A stretch of 64,000 nt of DNA from Leptogorgia sarmentosa (lineage: Eukaryota), in the NCBI GenBank assembly GCA_964658305.1, contig OZ210885.1, positions 15,748,001 to 15,812,000 on the forward strand, given 5' to 3'. The notes beneath the pieces were generated by a model, which saw only the letters and a program-made list of their open reading frames with translations, was not told the origin of the DNA and did no database searches. Of the stretch, positions 1 to 13,372 are shown in pieces. Each line of letters opens with the position of its first letter. The stretch's first letter is position 1. A program made the position numbers and the translations under genes.

Positions 1-58
1 AATCTATAACATTTTTTGAGACAAAAAATCACCAAAAAATTTCAGCGCTGGAAATGAC

Positions 59-345
59 ATGGATCCAGGTATTGTTCCTGAACAGCTGAGAGGTTTGACA
101 CAGGTAGAAGAAATGTTAATTTCAAGGATTTGCCCTATCATGCAAGTTTATAGAAAACATGGTGGGCAAAGGGTACAAGGGGCATGTACTAAACCTGCCA
201 CAAAATATTCAAAGTTTCTTGAATAGGTGCAACACGTGTTGCTGACCTGCCTGTTTAGGTTGTACGAAGACATGGTGTTGAAGACACTCACAAAGACTTC
301 ACTGTGCGTCGACATAGGGTGCTTGAAGCTATGTTGCGGTTGAAG
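59..345 (+). pseudogene. Helitron/Helentron Rep-helicase gene, upstream part (DUF6570-like), frameshifted; extends off the left edge
   Basis: Hand translation from 59 gives [37 protein letters not shown], then after a frameshift [16 protein letters not shown]. This resembles the region preceding Helitron Rep, and it continues at 4460 once the hAT insertion is removed. Confidence 0.75.
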
Positions 346-3300
346 CAGTGTGACCAGATTTTAAAATTCAATTATGCTAAGCAGCTGCCTAAATTATGCT
401 AAACGGAGGTAAATTATGCTAAATGTGATTTTGCCTGTATACAGGTGTTTAAGGTGAGCCAAGACTTCAAGAAGATGTAAAAACTATAATAAAGTAAGGG
501 CATGCAAGTAATTTGAAATAATTAAAAATAAATTAAATTCAAACAAACAAACAAATCCACACATTCTCTATAAAGTCTGAATTTATAAACTCAATTTGAT
601 TTTTGTATCTGCGTGACGTAGTGACGCAGATATATTGCTATCGTGTTGTTAGCTGTTAACTGTTAGCTTGCAGCCAATCAGCGAATTCGTTAGTTAAATT
701 TAGCCAATAGGCGACAACGTAACATTGAGATGACGTAATTCTCACTGAGCCCACCCGCAAATTTAAGGGAACCAACGCGGAGTTCTTGCGGGCTAAATAT
801 TACAAAATGGCGACTGATATAGGCACGAGCTAAAGAGTGGTGATGTGTTTGTCTGTTTGATCGTGGATTTTGTTTCGCATGAATATCCAGATAAAAAGAA
901 ATATACTGTTCGCAGCGACGAGTGCCTTCACTGAAATAGAGGTTAATTTATGAGCATTTGCGCCGCTTAGAACACTATTTATACTAAGGCAATTTATACG
1001 CAAAAATATCATGACGCAAATTGCAGACATTGGCATTGCTTTTAAAGATATTAATTAAAGAGGTTCGCGTTCGCTATGCAATTTAGATCATCAAAGCAAA
1101 AATATCATGACGCAATTTATACAATTGAACACAGCAAATATTTAAGGTTATGAAAGAGTTTAATGACTTGACACAATTGCGCGTATATTTTCCCTACGAT
1201 ACTTTAGAGTGTCGGAACTGTCGCACTGACACACTGTACATGTTTGGACTGCCGGCGATGTCATTGTGATCACGGAATATCTACTATATTTTGACGCTTC
1301 GCCATACGGAATTGTTGAAACACTCAATCCCAGGAAAATAGATTTCGTAGCTTGTAATAAAACGGGTTTGTGCGTTTATTAAGCGCGAGACAAAACAAAC
1401 GAAATCATATATAGTTTCAAGTATTCTGTTTTGAACCTACGCGCAATGCGCATACCGATCATACATACGCCTTAGCGTCTACGCAAATGCGCATGAATGG
1501 ACGGAATATATTGTATATAAATATATTATTATGATACGGTTTTGAAAAGGGTAAATTTGGTTTTTAGAGAGCCACATTTTTCACAAACAATCGCAAAGCG
1601 CTGTGTCTATTTTAAAGACGCAATAACATAAAATGCGATATCATATGTCGTCAAGTTTCAATTCCTTATGCAATTTGATATATGATCGCGGGAATTCCGG
1701 AATGCGAGATAGTCATGAAAGCTTATATCAAGTATTGAATACGTCTCCGCACAACCTCACGTCTTGAAAAGAATTAGCATTTGCGCTATTCACCTATTCC
1801 CTAGCATTAAACCATTTTATACATGCCACATCGCGTATTAGGGACAGATAAGATGCGTGTTTCGAAAAGCTGAAAACAAATAAGACTTGATCATCAAGCT
1901 ACATAGGCGCAGATACATGTACACTTTGTGTACCTATTTTTAAATTATGATATGTAATTTTAATTTGACTACAAAATTTAAAACTACAACATTTTTGAAA
2001 ACATTAAGTAAGGTTATAACAAATTAGTCATTGTCTGAACTGCTTGAATTGTCATACAACTGAACACTGTTAAACTTCTTCAACATTTCCATGCTTGGAA
2101 CAAATGACTTGCACCCAGCATCACCAAGACCTTGTTTAACTTGAATTATCTTCTCAACATTTTCCACTTTGAACCTGTTTCTAGACTTAGTCTTGATGAT
2201 GTTAACCTGAGAGAAAATCCTCTCACAACAGCACTACTGGTTGGCAAACACAACACGTTTTTGGCAATGCGTGAAATAACACCATATTTTTGGCTACCTT
2301 GCTCTATTCCTTCAAGCTTTCCAACCTCACCCCAGAACTGCTCAGTTGTTTCACATGATGTTGCAAGCTGATGAACATCTTGATCAAAAAGCATTGTTCT
2401 AAACTCAGAATCTGCATGTTGCTTGTCGTCATCACTGCACCATCTCACTGAATGCAAAAGCGAAGACATACCATCACAGGTAACATTGCTTGACTCATTG
2501 GAGTTCTCTTTGTTCAGTGCATAGGCATGTTGGAGCAAGGCATTATTGAGAGGCAGTCGCATCTTTAGTTGACAGCAAAGTTCAACATAAAATGATTGGC
2601 AGCGAGAATAATGACCAATGTTCATTTGTGAAAAAGGCAAAAACTGTAATGCCATGTTAGGATCTATGGCTGACACTGGTGTCTGCCTCACATATGCTAC
2701 CTTCAGGTAATAGGTACACAAAGTGCGAAAGAGTCTTCTCTCCAAAGACGGTGCAAGACTGCATACTGTGCCTGAAAAAGTTCATTAAACTTGTTTGTTA
2801 ATGGGAGCACAAAATTGAGAAACAGTAAGTATGCTTTACACAGTTTATCATTCAAGCTGTTGTAACACCTTTCAGAAGCCATTATTCTATCAACCAGGTA
2901 CTGTGATGAGAAATATAGCTTAAGTGCAGTCCACTGTTCTAGAATTCTTGCTACACAGGAACGAAGACACAACCACCTAATGTCATACAACTTCAGCAAT
3001 TTATGTTGTTCAGTTTGTGAAAAAATCTGAAATTCAGCAAATTCCTTTTGCCTTTTTGAGCTTTGGGAGAAGTAGTTGTGGACATCCTTCACTAGGTCTT
3101 CAATTTGTCTTGGCAAGACTTTGCAAGCATAGCTAACAGCTAGGGCACTGCTATGACAGACGCATTTCACTGTTACACAGTTAGGATTTACAGCTTGAAT
3201 ATGTGAGGCAACACTGTTGTTTTCCCCAAACATCACATTCGTCGTGTCAGCAGAAACCCCAATTAGTTTGTCAAAATCCACCTTACAATTCTCAAATTCG

Positions 3301-4459
3301 TTAGTGATAGCATCAAACAGACCTTCTGCAGTACCTGAAGCAGTCTCCACAAGCGATAGAAGTTTGGTTTCAACCTTAAAACGTTGGTCACTATAATATT
3401 TAATCACCAAGGTGAGTGACTTAGACGTGGAAACATCTGTGGACTCGTCTATCATAAGAGAAAACTTCCCATTAGGACGTCCATGCAGTTCATTTAAAAT
3501 GGTGTCCTTAAATTCTGGAGCCATAAGTTTATAAACAATAGCAGCTGACTTGGTCCTCTTCAAGTTAATACTCTTCGCAATTTCCGAGTCATGAAAACAA
3601 CGTGCCATTAGTTCACTAATATGATCCATAGCACAATACGGTATATTATGCTCTGCTAACGCTGCACATAACATAAGTTCAGCCTTTTTAGTTTCTTCTT
3701 GCACTTGCCCTTGCTTAAAATACGATGCGATTTTTGAAGTTGAACGTTGACACCTTGACCTTTGCATGTGTTTTTCGGTTTTGATATGACTCACAAGTAC
3801 GCTTCTTCGAGGCTTCAATTTTTGATCGCACAATTTGCAAAAGGCTTGTGTTTTGTCTTTCGTATATCGACCAAGCCATGTCTTGAATTCTGGCTCCGTC
3901 TCCCATGATGACTTGTATGACTGCTCGTAGCTTTTACCAGTTCTTGCACGCTTGTTGGTTGATGTCGATCCACATTTATCAGAATGCCGTGCCTGTCTAA
4001 ACAACGGAGAGGAGACTGCTTTGCCTGAATCAGATTCAGAACTTACATCTTCTTTGGAATCGGAAGACATGAATAATACATATTTTATTCAAGTAAAGAA
4101 GTGAAACCGGCAGTCAAACCACTGCCGCAATGCCGCAATGCCGCATGGCGAAAGCATGTCCATATGCTGCTGCGCGAACACATGCGCTGGCCTGGGACCT
4201 AGCTCATGACAATCCACGACGACAAACGATGATCATATTTGCGCACATATCATGCTGAATTCAATTAAATTACATACAAATAACCAATTTTGGTTGCTAC
4301 AAGACGGTTGCCGGCACATATTCCAATATTATGCTAACATTATGCTAAACCTGTGATTTAATGCTAAAATGATGCTAAATTTTTTATTATGCTAAACATT
4401 ATATGAAAATGTTCAAATAATGCTAAACTAGCATTATTATGCTAGATCTGGTCACACTG
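346..4459 (-). mobile_element. Full-length hAT DNA transposon (4114 bp)
   Basis: 14-bp TIRs CAGTGTGACCAGAT (346) and ATCTGGTCACACTG (ending 4459). Perfect 8-bp TSD GGTTGAAG at 338-345 and 4460-4467. Subterminal (T)ATGCTAA arrays at both ends; internal hAT transposase. Confidence 0.95.
2024..4070 (-). pseudogene. hAT transposase (ZNF862-like), frameshifted
   Basis: ORFs 2703..4070 and 2146..2745. N-terminal zinc finger (FKTWL...AFCKLC...HIKTEKH), DESTD, ADTTNVM, CVCH, IRWL, and C-terminal LPTSSAVV/ERIFS dimerisation motif. Frameshifts near 2740 and 2220; stop at 2024-2026 in the restored frame. Confidence 0.9.
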
Positions 4460-5635
4460 GGTTGAAGACAAATAACCCATTCTTCAAAGATATAGAAATC
4501 GATAGAGATGTTATCCAAAGCTTACCAGAAAATGGTATTCCTGAAGATTTGAGGTTTGTTATGGATGATAATGAATTTTCAGTTCATGTTCAAAATGAGG
4601 GTCCTCCCCAAGAACCTGTTATGAGTGCTAATGCCAGTGTTGAGGAATTAGTTTTAGGAAATGGTAGCACATCATTCATTCCTATGTGCCAACGACAGAG
4701 AAAACACAGAGCTGCTAAACAAGATGCAGTTAATGACGTTGACCCTTTAGACTGGCCATCAACTGAAGGTAATGCTGTGAATGAATTTAAAACAGATGGA
4801 CTTGCCAGCATGGCATTTCCTACATTGTTTCCTTATGGCAAAGGTGACCCAACAAAGGGCAAGGCAAGACAGCACGAAGGAAGTTTGACAGAATCATTTA
4901 AGCACTTAGTGAAGTTTGCAGAGGCTTGAAAATGGTAAGTTTGAGTGGAGGTTTGCTTCTCACCCACGGTTCCCCTATTGGGCATTGAACATGAAACAGC
5001 AACATCAGTTGTTGTCACAGGCAAGCATTTACTTGCGTCAGCATCCTGCAGATGCAAACATGTCAATGGAAGAGCTAAAGACAATGGTGAACTCGACGAG
5101 TGCAAATCAGATGGTAAATCGTTTACAACGGTATGTGTCAAAAGTGCAAGATACCAATCAGTATTGGTATCAGCGGCTCCAGGAATTGCTGGCTCTTATT
5201 GAGCAGAAAGGCTGTCCTACTTTTTTCTTTACTTTTAGTGCAGCTGACATGCATATTGGCCAGATGTGCAACGACTGCTGCAGAATAATGAAGATGCAAG
5301 CAGGTCTGAGCGAGCACAAGCAGTGATTGACAATCCACACCTGACGGATTGGTTGTTCAATCAGCGACTGGAAGAGTTTATTAGACGTTCGCTTGAAGGT
5401 GTCATGGATGCTGAATGGTTTTGGTATCGATTTGAATACCAGGCTAGGGGATGTATTCATGCCCATGGTTGTGCAAAGTCAAAAAATGACCCTGACATTC
5501 GATTATTATGTAACAAAGCAAGCTTGCATTTTTAGAGAATGAGACAAGTAGATTTGAAATGTCACCTGATGATTTTGAATTCTTTTGCCAGGATCTAATA
5601 AAGGAGGGAGAGGATGCTGAGAAATTACTAATACG
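4460..5635 (+). pseudogene. Helitron Rep (HUH endonuclease) region, frameshifted and 3'-truncated
   Basis: ORFs 4462..4929, 4916..5326 and 5266..5535 carry AFPTLFPYG, FASHPRFPYW, GCPTFFFTFSAAD, NPHL and the HUH motif RFEYQARGCIHAH. No helicase part follows. Confidence 0.9.
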
Positions 5636-5928
5636 GTAAGAACCAACTGTTTTACACACGACTATCATGCTCCAAAACATTTAAATCATGCTGATAATGC
5701 AATTTAATTGGCTGCCAGTGCAGATTTTAAAACCTGTTTAGTAAATCTATTAATTGCATGTTTACTGTGATAAGGGGCCAGTTACACAATACCAAATATA
5801 TTTGTAGTATAACATTAGCCTTAGCAACGCAATTGAGGTTGCAAATGAGTAACAAAATACGACCAACCAAAAATTACTACCGAATGTACGTCGATTCATA
5901 GATTACATAGATTACATAGTACATAGAT

Positions 5929-6260
5929 TCACCAAATAATCCGCTGCCGTTTGGCTACAATTCCTACGTAAATTAAGGCCTTTGAGTGCACTGTCAATTT
6001 GTTCGTGAGTAGACTGTCAATTCGTCGCTGTGGTACATGAAAAGATCCCGCTTTTAGATCCACTAGAAACCCCAGTACCTCCCCTTGTTGGCAAGGTTCC
6101 CAAACAGATACCACTTTTTCAACCACTGACTGGACAAGCTTCGAGACTTTCACAGTGTCCTCTTTGGTTGGACCCCCGCCTACACCATTGTCCAAGTATG
6201 TGAATATTTTTATACCCTGTCCCTGCCAGAGCTTCACTAAAGCCTTCTGGATTGAAACAA
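5929..6260 (-). pseudogene. Fragment of a DIRS/Ngaro-type reverse transcriptase
   Basis: LVKLWQGQGIKIFTYLDN (decayed YLDD), WEPCQQGEVLGFLVDL and FHVPQRRI match tyrosine-recombinase retrotransposon RT palm/thumb motifs. Confidence 0.7.
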
Positions 6261-6512
6261 CCGTGCTTGTCATGAGCAGAACAAAACGCATAAATTATTA
6301 TAATATATATTTCTATTCTTTATTATTCGTGCACTGGAAAATAAACACAAAACAAGATGGCTGCCTGTATTGCTTGTAATAGGGAAACTAAATATGGGCT
6401 CAATTTCCATATACAAGTCCCCAAATGACGTCATAACCTTCATCACATATGCTATAGTATACCCCATATCAGAGCTAGGTAGTTACTACACTAATAATAT
6501 CATGCTTAGGCG

Positions 6513-7192
6513 GTATATCACTATTACTACTGTTACTATCATTATTACCGTTGTTACCGTTATTGGTGTTATTGCCGTTATTGGTGTTATTGCCGTTATT
6601 GGTGTTATTGCCGTTATTGCTGTTATTACCGTTATTGGTGTTATTACCGTTATTGGTGTTATTACCGTTATTGGTGTTATTGCCGTTATTACCGTTATTG
6701 GTGTTATTGCCGTTATTACCGTTATTGGTGTTATTGGTGTTATTGCCGTTATTGGTGTTATTGCCGTTATTGATGTTATTGGTGTTATTGCTGTTATTGC
6801 TGTTATTGATGTTTTTGCCGTTATTACCGTTATTACCGTTATTGGTGTTATTACCGTTATTGCTGTTATTACCGTTATTGCTGTTATTACCGTTACCGTT
6901 ATTACCGTTATTGCCGGCGTTATTGCCGTTATTGGTGTTATTGCCGTTATTGGTGTTATTGCCGTTATTGGTGTTATTACCGTTATTGGTGTTATTGTCG
7001 TTATTGCCGTTATTGCCGTTATTGGTATTATTACCGTTATTGGTGTTATTACCGTTATTGCCGTTATTGGTGTTATTGCCGTTATTGGTGTTATTGCCGT
7101 TATTGGTGTTATTGCCGTTTTGCTGTTATTGCCGTTATTGGTGTTATTGCCGTTATTGGTGTTATTGCCGTTTTGCTGTTATTGCTGTTATT
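6513..7192. repeat. 9-bp-unit minisatellite (GTTATT + GGT/GCC/ACC/GCT)
   Basis: Directly visible tandem array of about 680 bp. It generates the low-complexity VIG/VIA and poly-Leu ORFs. Confidence 0.97.
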
Positions 7193-7499
7193 AGTAAGTG
7201 CATTACAAGTTGCAGTTAGTATTGTTGTTTGCGGCGAATTTTTACCACAAAAGATGAAGAAACAGGAGCTTCTTGATTATACACCTTAATATTTGTTCAA
7301 AAACTCATTAATAATTCATAAGCAAATAAACCAATTAATAATAATAATAAATATAAAAAAATAATTTATATAAAAAACCTTAGCTAAACTTAGTATTCTT
7401 TATAATATAAAGAATAGAAGAATAGAAGTATTCTTTATATAAAGAATAGAAGAATAGAAGTATTCTTTATAATATAAAGAATACTAATGAGACGTTTTT

Positions 7500-7620
7500 G
7501 AAGCCGTTCAATAAACTCGCATCACGTGTTTTATCTATCGGGTCTCAAAGCACTCGTGCTGCGCGCTCGTGGTTTTAAACCCGATAAAACACTGCTGCTC
7601 GTTTATAAAACATTACTTAG
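7500..7620. repeat. Short hairpin-forming interspersed repeat (possible non-autonomous Crypton-like end)
   Basis: GTGTTTTATC..ATCGGGT..AAAGCAC...GTGGTTTTAAACCCGATAAAACAC forms an imperfect inverted repeat. Family assignment is tentative. Confidence 0.35.
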
Positions 7621-8559
7621 CACCCGAAATCTCTCAAAAATACAAACATTGAGATGGGTAAATTGCATACGACGCTGATCTGATCTAAGACAAGATTGCC
7701 TCTTTGAATGATGCAAGGTCAAGCCTACTTCGATGTGCGTGAACAGTGGCGTAAACAATAAAACAATATCATTATCATATATGTATGATAATATGCTGGT
7801 AATCAAAACATGATGGATTTTGCCGGTGTGGATGTATAAAGTAGATGCAGCTTGTTATTTTGCATTTGGTATGACTATGCATGTAAGTATATGTTGTCAC
7901 AGTGTATGGACTTAACAATGTGTAATATGTACACAAGCAGAACTGTGATATTTTTTATTGAAATTAAATATTATTCTAGTAATTGAAATCTGTCATATTG
8001 CAGGTACATATGATGTATAATAATATTAACTCCTGCAGGTCTTTTGAGATTCATTACTCTGTGATTGCGTAGTGCTGTGCACCTTATTCAAATGTGATAA
8101 TCTATGTAATTTTCTGACATGTAATTGTGCAACAACTGTAGCTTTTAATAGCTGATATTAGTATGGAGAGGATGCAACCCTGGCTCATTACCCCAGTTAC
8201 TGGCTTAAGTGGGGGAGAAAACAAACGGTTACTAACTTACTAGGAAATAGATGGTGTTAAATAATATTTCAGTGTTATGAATGAACACTCAGGAATTCAG
8301 ACGACCATCATAATTTGGCGAAAATAATGCAGACATGTAAACCGATCGTTTTAGTCTGTTTATTGTCAGGGCTGGATTGCATTTAAACAAAATTACTGCT
8401 ATGTCCATTTGGAACAAATGAACAATGAAACACATAGAATTTGTACACATTTCACCTTTTATTCCACATGGAGTGAATTCTAAATAAAATATGAACTTTA
8501 ATTAAAAAATAAACCATGTTATATATTAAAGTACAAGATGAAGGCATTTACCCTCCTTA

Positions 8560-8776
8560 GGGACGGGCCATTAGAAAAGTGATGGGCCAGGAAGGTGGTG
8601 ACTTTTGCATGGACAAATATATTTTTTTACACACCGACAACAGAATATTTCCCCACATTCGGGTGATATTCATATTGGACAATTTATGCCTTGAAAGATT
8701 TTCGTTTTTTTTCATGGAATATATTTTGTTGCTTTTGCCCCCCCCCCCCCCAATCACTTTTCTAATTGGTCGTCTC
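8560..8776. mobile_element. MITE, PIF/Harbinger-like (TTA TSD)
   Basis: Imperfect TIRs GGGACGGGCCATTAGAAAAGTGATGG and CCAATCACTTTTCTAATTGGTCGTCTC. TTA at 8557-8559 and 8777-8779. Confidence 0.7.
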
Positions 8777-9176
8777 TTACATAACTGTGCTTACATAAAG
8801 CCATTAAAGGCCAATTGCCAATACATAGTATACGCTAGCCTAGTGTACATGTTTGTTGTATACGATAAGCCATTCTGGTGTATGTAATTAAATCGTCACA
8901 ATATGACCAGATTACATACACCAAAATTACAATTGTATACTACTATACCACAAAATTATGCATACAATGTAAATCAGTTTACTTCATAGTGTTTGCACTG
9001 ATCAAAAAAAATGATATAAAACTTGTTCATAACCCAACATTTAAAGTTGAAATATATATAGTTATATATATATAAGTCTTAATACGAAATGTAGCCACAA
9101 ACTAAACAACTATTTTGCAAAGGGCACCTTAACTAACCAACATCAGCAACATGGATAAATAATGCATTTGCAATGC

Positions 9177-9761
9177 TCAATTGCATATTGTCATATTGTA
9201 ATTGACTATTTCATTCTTCGACAGACCATCTTGTAGCCCAGTTTGTCTTCTTTTGGTACTCATTTCTGCAGCAGAAGACAGATTTGACTTTTTGTCACAA
9301 ATTTTCTCATTAGCTGCAGCAATTGCGGATGTGCTCTCTGTAACATTTGCACCACCTACAGCTACAATGTTATCTGGGATTATAGCAACCATTACAGGAA
9401 CTTTGGGTTTGTTAAGCACATTGTTGGAAATTTTCGAAGTATCAGCAGCTGCAACATTAGGCAGTGGATTTGTTGTATCGACCAGAACATTGGGCACGGT
9501 CTCCGGAGTTGTTGCAGCTACAACATTGGACACTTTCTGTGGAGTTGCTGTATCAACTAGAACATTCACTGGCACGGTTTCTGGAGTTGTCGCAGCTACA
9601 ACATTGGACACTTTCTGTGAAGTTGCTATATCGACTAGAACATTGGGCACAGTCTCTGGAGTTGTCGCAACTACATTGTACACGTTCTGTGAAGTTGTTG
9701 TATTGGCTACAGGATTTGGCACATCCTCCAGCATTGTAACATCAGTTATGTTAGACACATT
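9177..9761 (-). pseudogene. 3' part of a disrupted exon encoding a low-complexity Thr/Val/Pro-rich region with 25-26-aa repeats
   Basis: ORF 9177..9800; bases above 9761 belong to the Harbinger TIR. About three 75-78-bp repeats (TPETVPNVLVDxATxQKVSNVVAAT) at ~9475-9706. Joins in frame to 33170 onward once two transposons are removed. Confidence 0.7.
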
Positions 9762-10308
9762 AGACACCTTAAGATAGACGTTTCTTTTCACGCACAGCAA
9801 ACCGCAAACCGCTAGAAACCACGCGATGTTTTGCTTGCCGTTGCGTTCGGCGTAAAATCTTGACGTTTTGAACCTGGAGGTGGCTGTTTTCAGGTAAGCG
9901 ATTTACTTCAAGGTCTTAATGATTAGATTTGCTATAATTATACGTTTGAGGTGTTGCTAGATATGAACTAGCATCTCAAAGTTCAAAAGTAGTTTGGATG
10001 AATATTTATTCATGAAATCATGGAAATTTAGGTACTTGTGTATTGTAATGTATGTTGTGGTTGACTACGTACAAATAAATATGGCGTGCAATTCTATGAT
10101 TAACATCACATTGTATTTTTCGTATTTTTGTCTGACTTTCGCTTATGAAGAGAGCTTACGTTTTTTCTTCTTGTTTCCTAACTGTATTGGGGTTCGAAAA
10201 TTATCGTCTGCAGTTATGATCGCTTCTTTATTTACCCCTTATTGAATTTCGAAATTTGATACTGTCATAGTGTAATTTAATATTTTGTAGTGTACAGAAA
10301 CAACCGAA

Positions 10309-11525
10309 ATGGCCCCTTTCAGATGGCCGGAAACCAAACATGATATTTCTCTAGCAATAGAGGTAACAGCAAGCAATCCTGTCAAACCCAAGGATTGGGA
10401 TGCCATTGCAGAAAGGCTGAGCGAGGCATTTTCTACAGACACTAACAAGGTTCAGTTGAAAGGCAGAGGATGTCGTGAGAGAATGGAACGCCTCATCGAT
10501 AAATATAAAGAGGAAGATGCTAAAGCTCTAAAGAGGTTGGCATTATTTTTATTTCATGTACTTGTCAATGTGAACTCCTGGCCCCCCTTTAACATTGTAC
10601 TATGTTGGAATTGGTAGTTGATTATCCACTGTATGTCCTACCTAGGTAATTAATTAAAAAGGTCGTTGACACAGTATATGATTCTTTGTCTCCTGCATAG
10701 TCCCTAAATCGGGGGAGCATGTTGAATGTTGCTCTGTTGACATTTAGATCAGGCACTCAGGAAGATTACAATGAGCTCAGTCAACTATTGGAAGGCATCA
10801 TATCATTCCGCAGAGACTTTGCTGAACAGAAGGAAATAGAAAAGGAGCAAAAAAGGAAAAAAGAAGAAGATGATCGAAATAAGGGAGAAGTAATGAAAAA
10901 TGCTGCAATGACAAGAATGGGTAGTAAGTGATAACTGCTCATAGTAACAGTAGATTTCATATAAAAGCATTCTGTTCATTGAATTTGTTGCAGTTGTTAT
11001 TATGAATAAACATGTTTTGCATGAGAGGTGCCTTGAAATTTTGAAATATTAATGGCTATAAATGCTTTTAACAGAAAGAAAGAGCCTTTATTCTTCCTCT
11101 GACACTTCATCTGGTGATGAGGATTGTGATGCCAGTGAGTCCAGTAAAAGTGGTGAGTTCCCTCATTTTGTGTTTTGCAGAGATGAAGCTATGAACAAGA
11201 TTATACTTGTTCTTGACACCCTGTTTCTCCTGGAATTAATGATTGTGAAGACAAAAATAAATTATTTTCTAACCCTTGTTACACTTATTAAGGTGGTAAG
11301 GAAAAAAAAAGACGAAGGTTTACAAAGCTATCTGAGGTTGAAATGCTAAACAAAAAGAATGAGAAAAAAGCTGAATGGAAAGACAAAGAATTAAAAATTC
11401 GACAACAAGAATTGAATTTCAATAAAATGAAGTTTGAGTTTGAAGCAGAAGAAAGAAGAGAAAGATATAAGCTTGAGTTTGAGGAAAGAAAGGCAATGAT
11501 AGAACTTCTCAAAAAACATGCATGA
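10309..11525 (+). CDS. Harbinger accessory protein (Myb/SANT-trihelix-like N-terminus, coiled-coil C-terminus), about 4 exons
   Basis: FRW...LAIEV...NP...WDAIAERL...KGRGCRERMERLIDKYK...SGTQEDY. GT-AG introns give approximate exons 10309-10534, 10748-10924, 11075-11152 and 11292-11525. Confidence 0.8.
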
Positions 11526-11923
11526 AAAGGCTTGCCAATAGTTTTATGATAGGTTTTCAATTGGTGTGGAGTGCAGATTATATTTTGTGTTGCAGTTTTT
11601 GATGTATAAATCCTTGCAATTTTTGCTGCATTTTTATTTGCCATTTATTGCATCTGGACATATGCTCGAGCAAAAAAATGGGATGAGAGAAGTGGGGTAA
11701 AACCAGAAGCTGAATGGTGGCTTTTATTAATAAAGGTATGGTTCAACTCTGAACCAAAAATGCAGTGCAGCAAAGATTGCAACAGAAACACCAGTGTATG
11801 CCAATGTTTTAAGAGAACTTACAAACATTTCATTGAAATTTGTTATACTGTATATTGAAACTAATTTATGAGAGAAAATTTATTTAAATATCCATGGTAT
11901 TATTGAGATAGTTCTCCAAAGTT

Positions 11924-13372
11924 TTAAACATCCATGGTATTATTGAGGTAATTCTCCAAAGGTGGAGGCATGATATCGAAGTATTTGCTAGTGACAGATC
12001 CATATAAACAGGTGTGGCAATTTACTAAAATGCCTCCAACTAGGTAGTACATTCCAACAGGTTGCAACAATACTTTCATGTTTTTCTTAAAATCAAGGAA
12101 AGCGAATAATTGGGTTATCTTGCCAAAACCCCACTCCACACTGATACGAACTTTGCTCATTCTTTTATTGAACTGCATCTGATGAGCTGTGAGATTGGCA
12201 CCACGAAAAGGAGCCAAAATATTCTGAGTCAAGCCATAGGCTGGATCACCATATACCACATATGGATCACCATTGGGCTTGGTTATATTGATCAGCTTTT
12301 CATGCAAACCACTTTGTGCCAGCATAAATGCATCATGTCTCCTCCCTTCGATAGGCCCAAACATGTGAGCTATAAGCCCATTTGGAGCTTGAACAGACTG
12401 CAAAAAAGTAATCATACATACATTTTTGTTTGTCTGAAGATCTATACTCATTTATTACTACTACCTGAAATTTTAAACAGTGTACTCGCTTGTGGCCACT
12501 GTACATAACTTTTTTATTCCTCTTTGGTCTTGCGATCGGCCTTGCAGTTCCATCTATGAAGCCCCAGCAGCAGTCCAAGGGCGCACCCTTAACATGTACT
12601 GCCTGTGAGAAAATCTCCGGATCAAGCCATGCAAGGTCGAGAGAAGTCAGCAAATGCTTGAATCGATCATAGATGTCTTCTACAACCTAAAAATATAACA
12701 CAGAAAGTTGAGGGAAATAAAAGAAATAGTAAAAAAGTAATATTGCTTCGAAATTATACACTTGCAGGGAAATTTACTCTCGAAAAAAATCACACTTAGT
12801 TCCTCTTCAGCTCGACAAAAAATTTTCGCCAAGTCGCACCAACGATTTGGGTAGGAAAATCGTCTCAAGAGGATCATCAAAGCCTCCAGGCCCGTTGCGG
12901 TAGTGCCTTGATAGCAAACATATTTCTGTGGTATGTTCAGTGCCTGGCACAAACGTTCCATATCAACCTTCTTGAACCTAGGAAACGATAACTGCATTTA
13001 ATACCAACAGTTAAAACTGGCCCACTTTTTATGTTGAATACAACATGCTTTTACAAACCAGTACCTGAACCATTTTTCACAGTCTGTTTCACTGACATCT
13101 TGAAGATGAAGACGTGGCCCAAGGGCTTGTCGTGAAGAAGTTAGTGAATGCAGAAGTAGAATCTCTAAATCGTCTTCACTTTCACTTTCGGTATGTTCTT
13201 CGTCCGAGCTGCTATCATAGCACATTGTTTCCAAAGCATCGAAAATTTCCCTAGTTTTTAAGTCAATGGTAAGTATAATTTCAAATTTAAATTTATAGAT
13301 AATTGTGAAATGTGCAAATTGCGTTTCATAGTGTTCATTTGTCTAAAAGCCTTACCTATTAGCTGCTGCCAT
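11924..13372 (-). CDS. Harbinger/HARBI1-like DDE transposase (DDE_Tnp_4), about 5 exons
   Basis: Catalytic motifs GFIDGT, YSGHKRVH, GRRHD, YGDPAY and RISVEWGFG, with LRRFSYPNRW HTH-like region. Approximate exons 13372-13356, 13250-13065, 12978-12779, 12687-12465 and 12399-11924. The exon-3 donor may be damaged. Confidence 0.88.

Noticed and set aside
6513..7192. Possible CRISPR-like array
   Set aside because: Contiguous short tandem units with no unique spacers, no cas genes, and a eukaryotic context.
6370..7219. 274-aa VIG/VIA and 222-aa poly-Leu ORFs as membrane or structural proteins
   Set aside because: They are by-products of a stop-free 9-bp minisatellite, open in several frames and with no domain.
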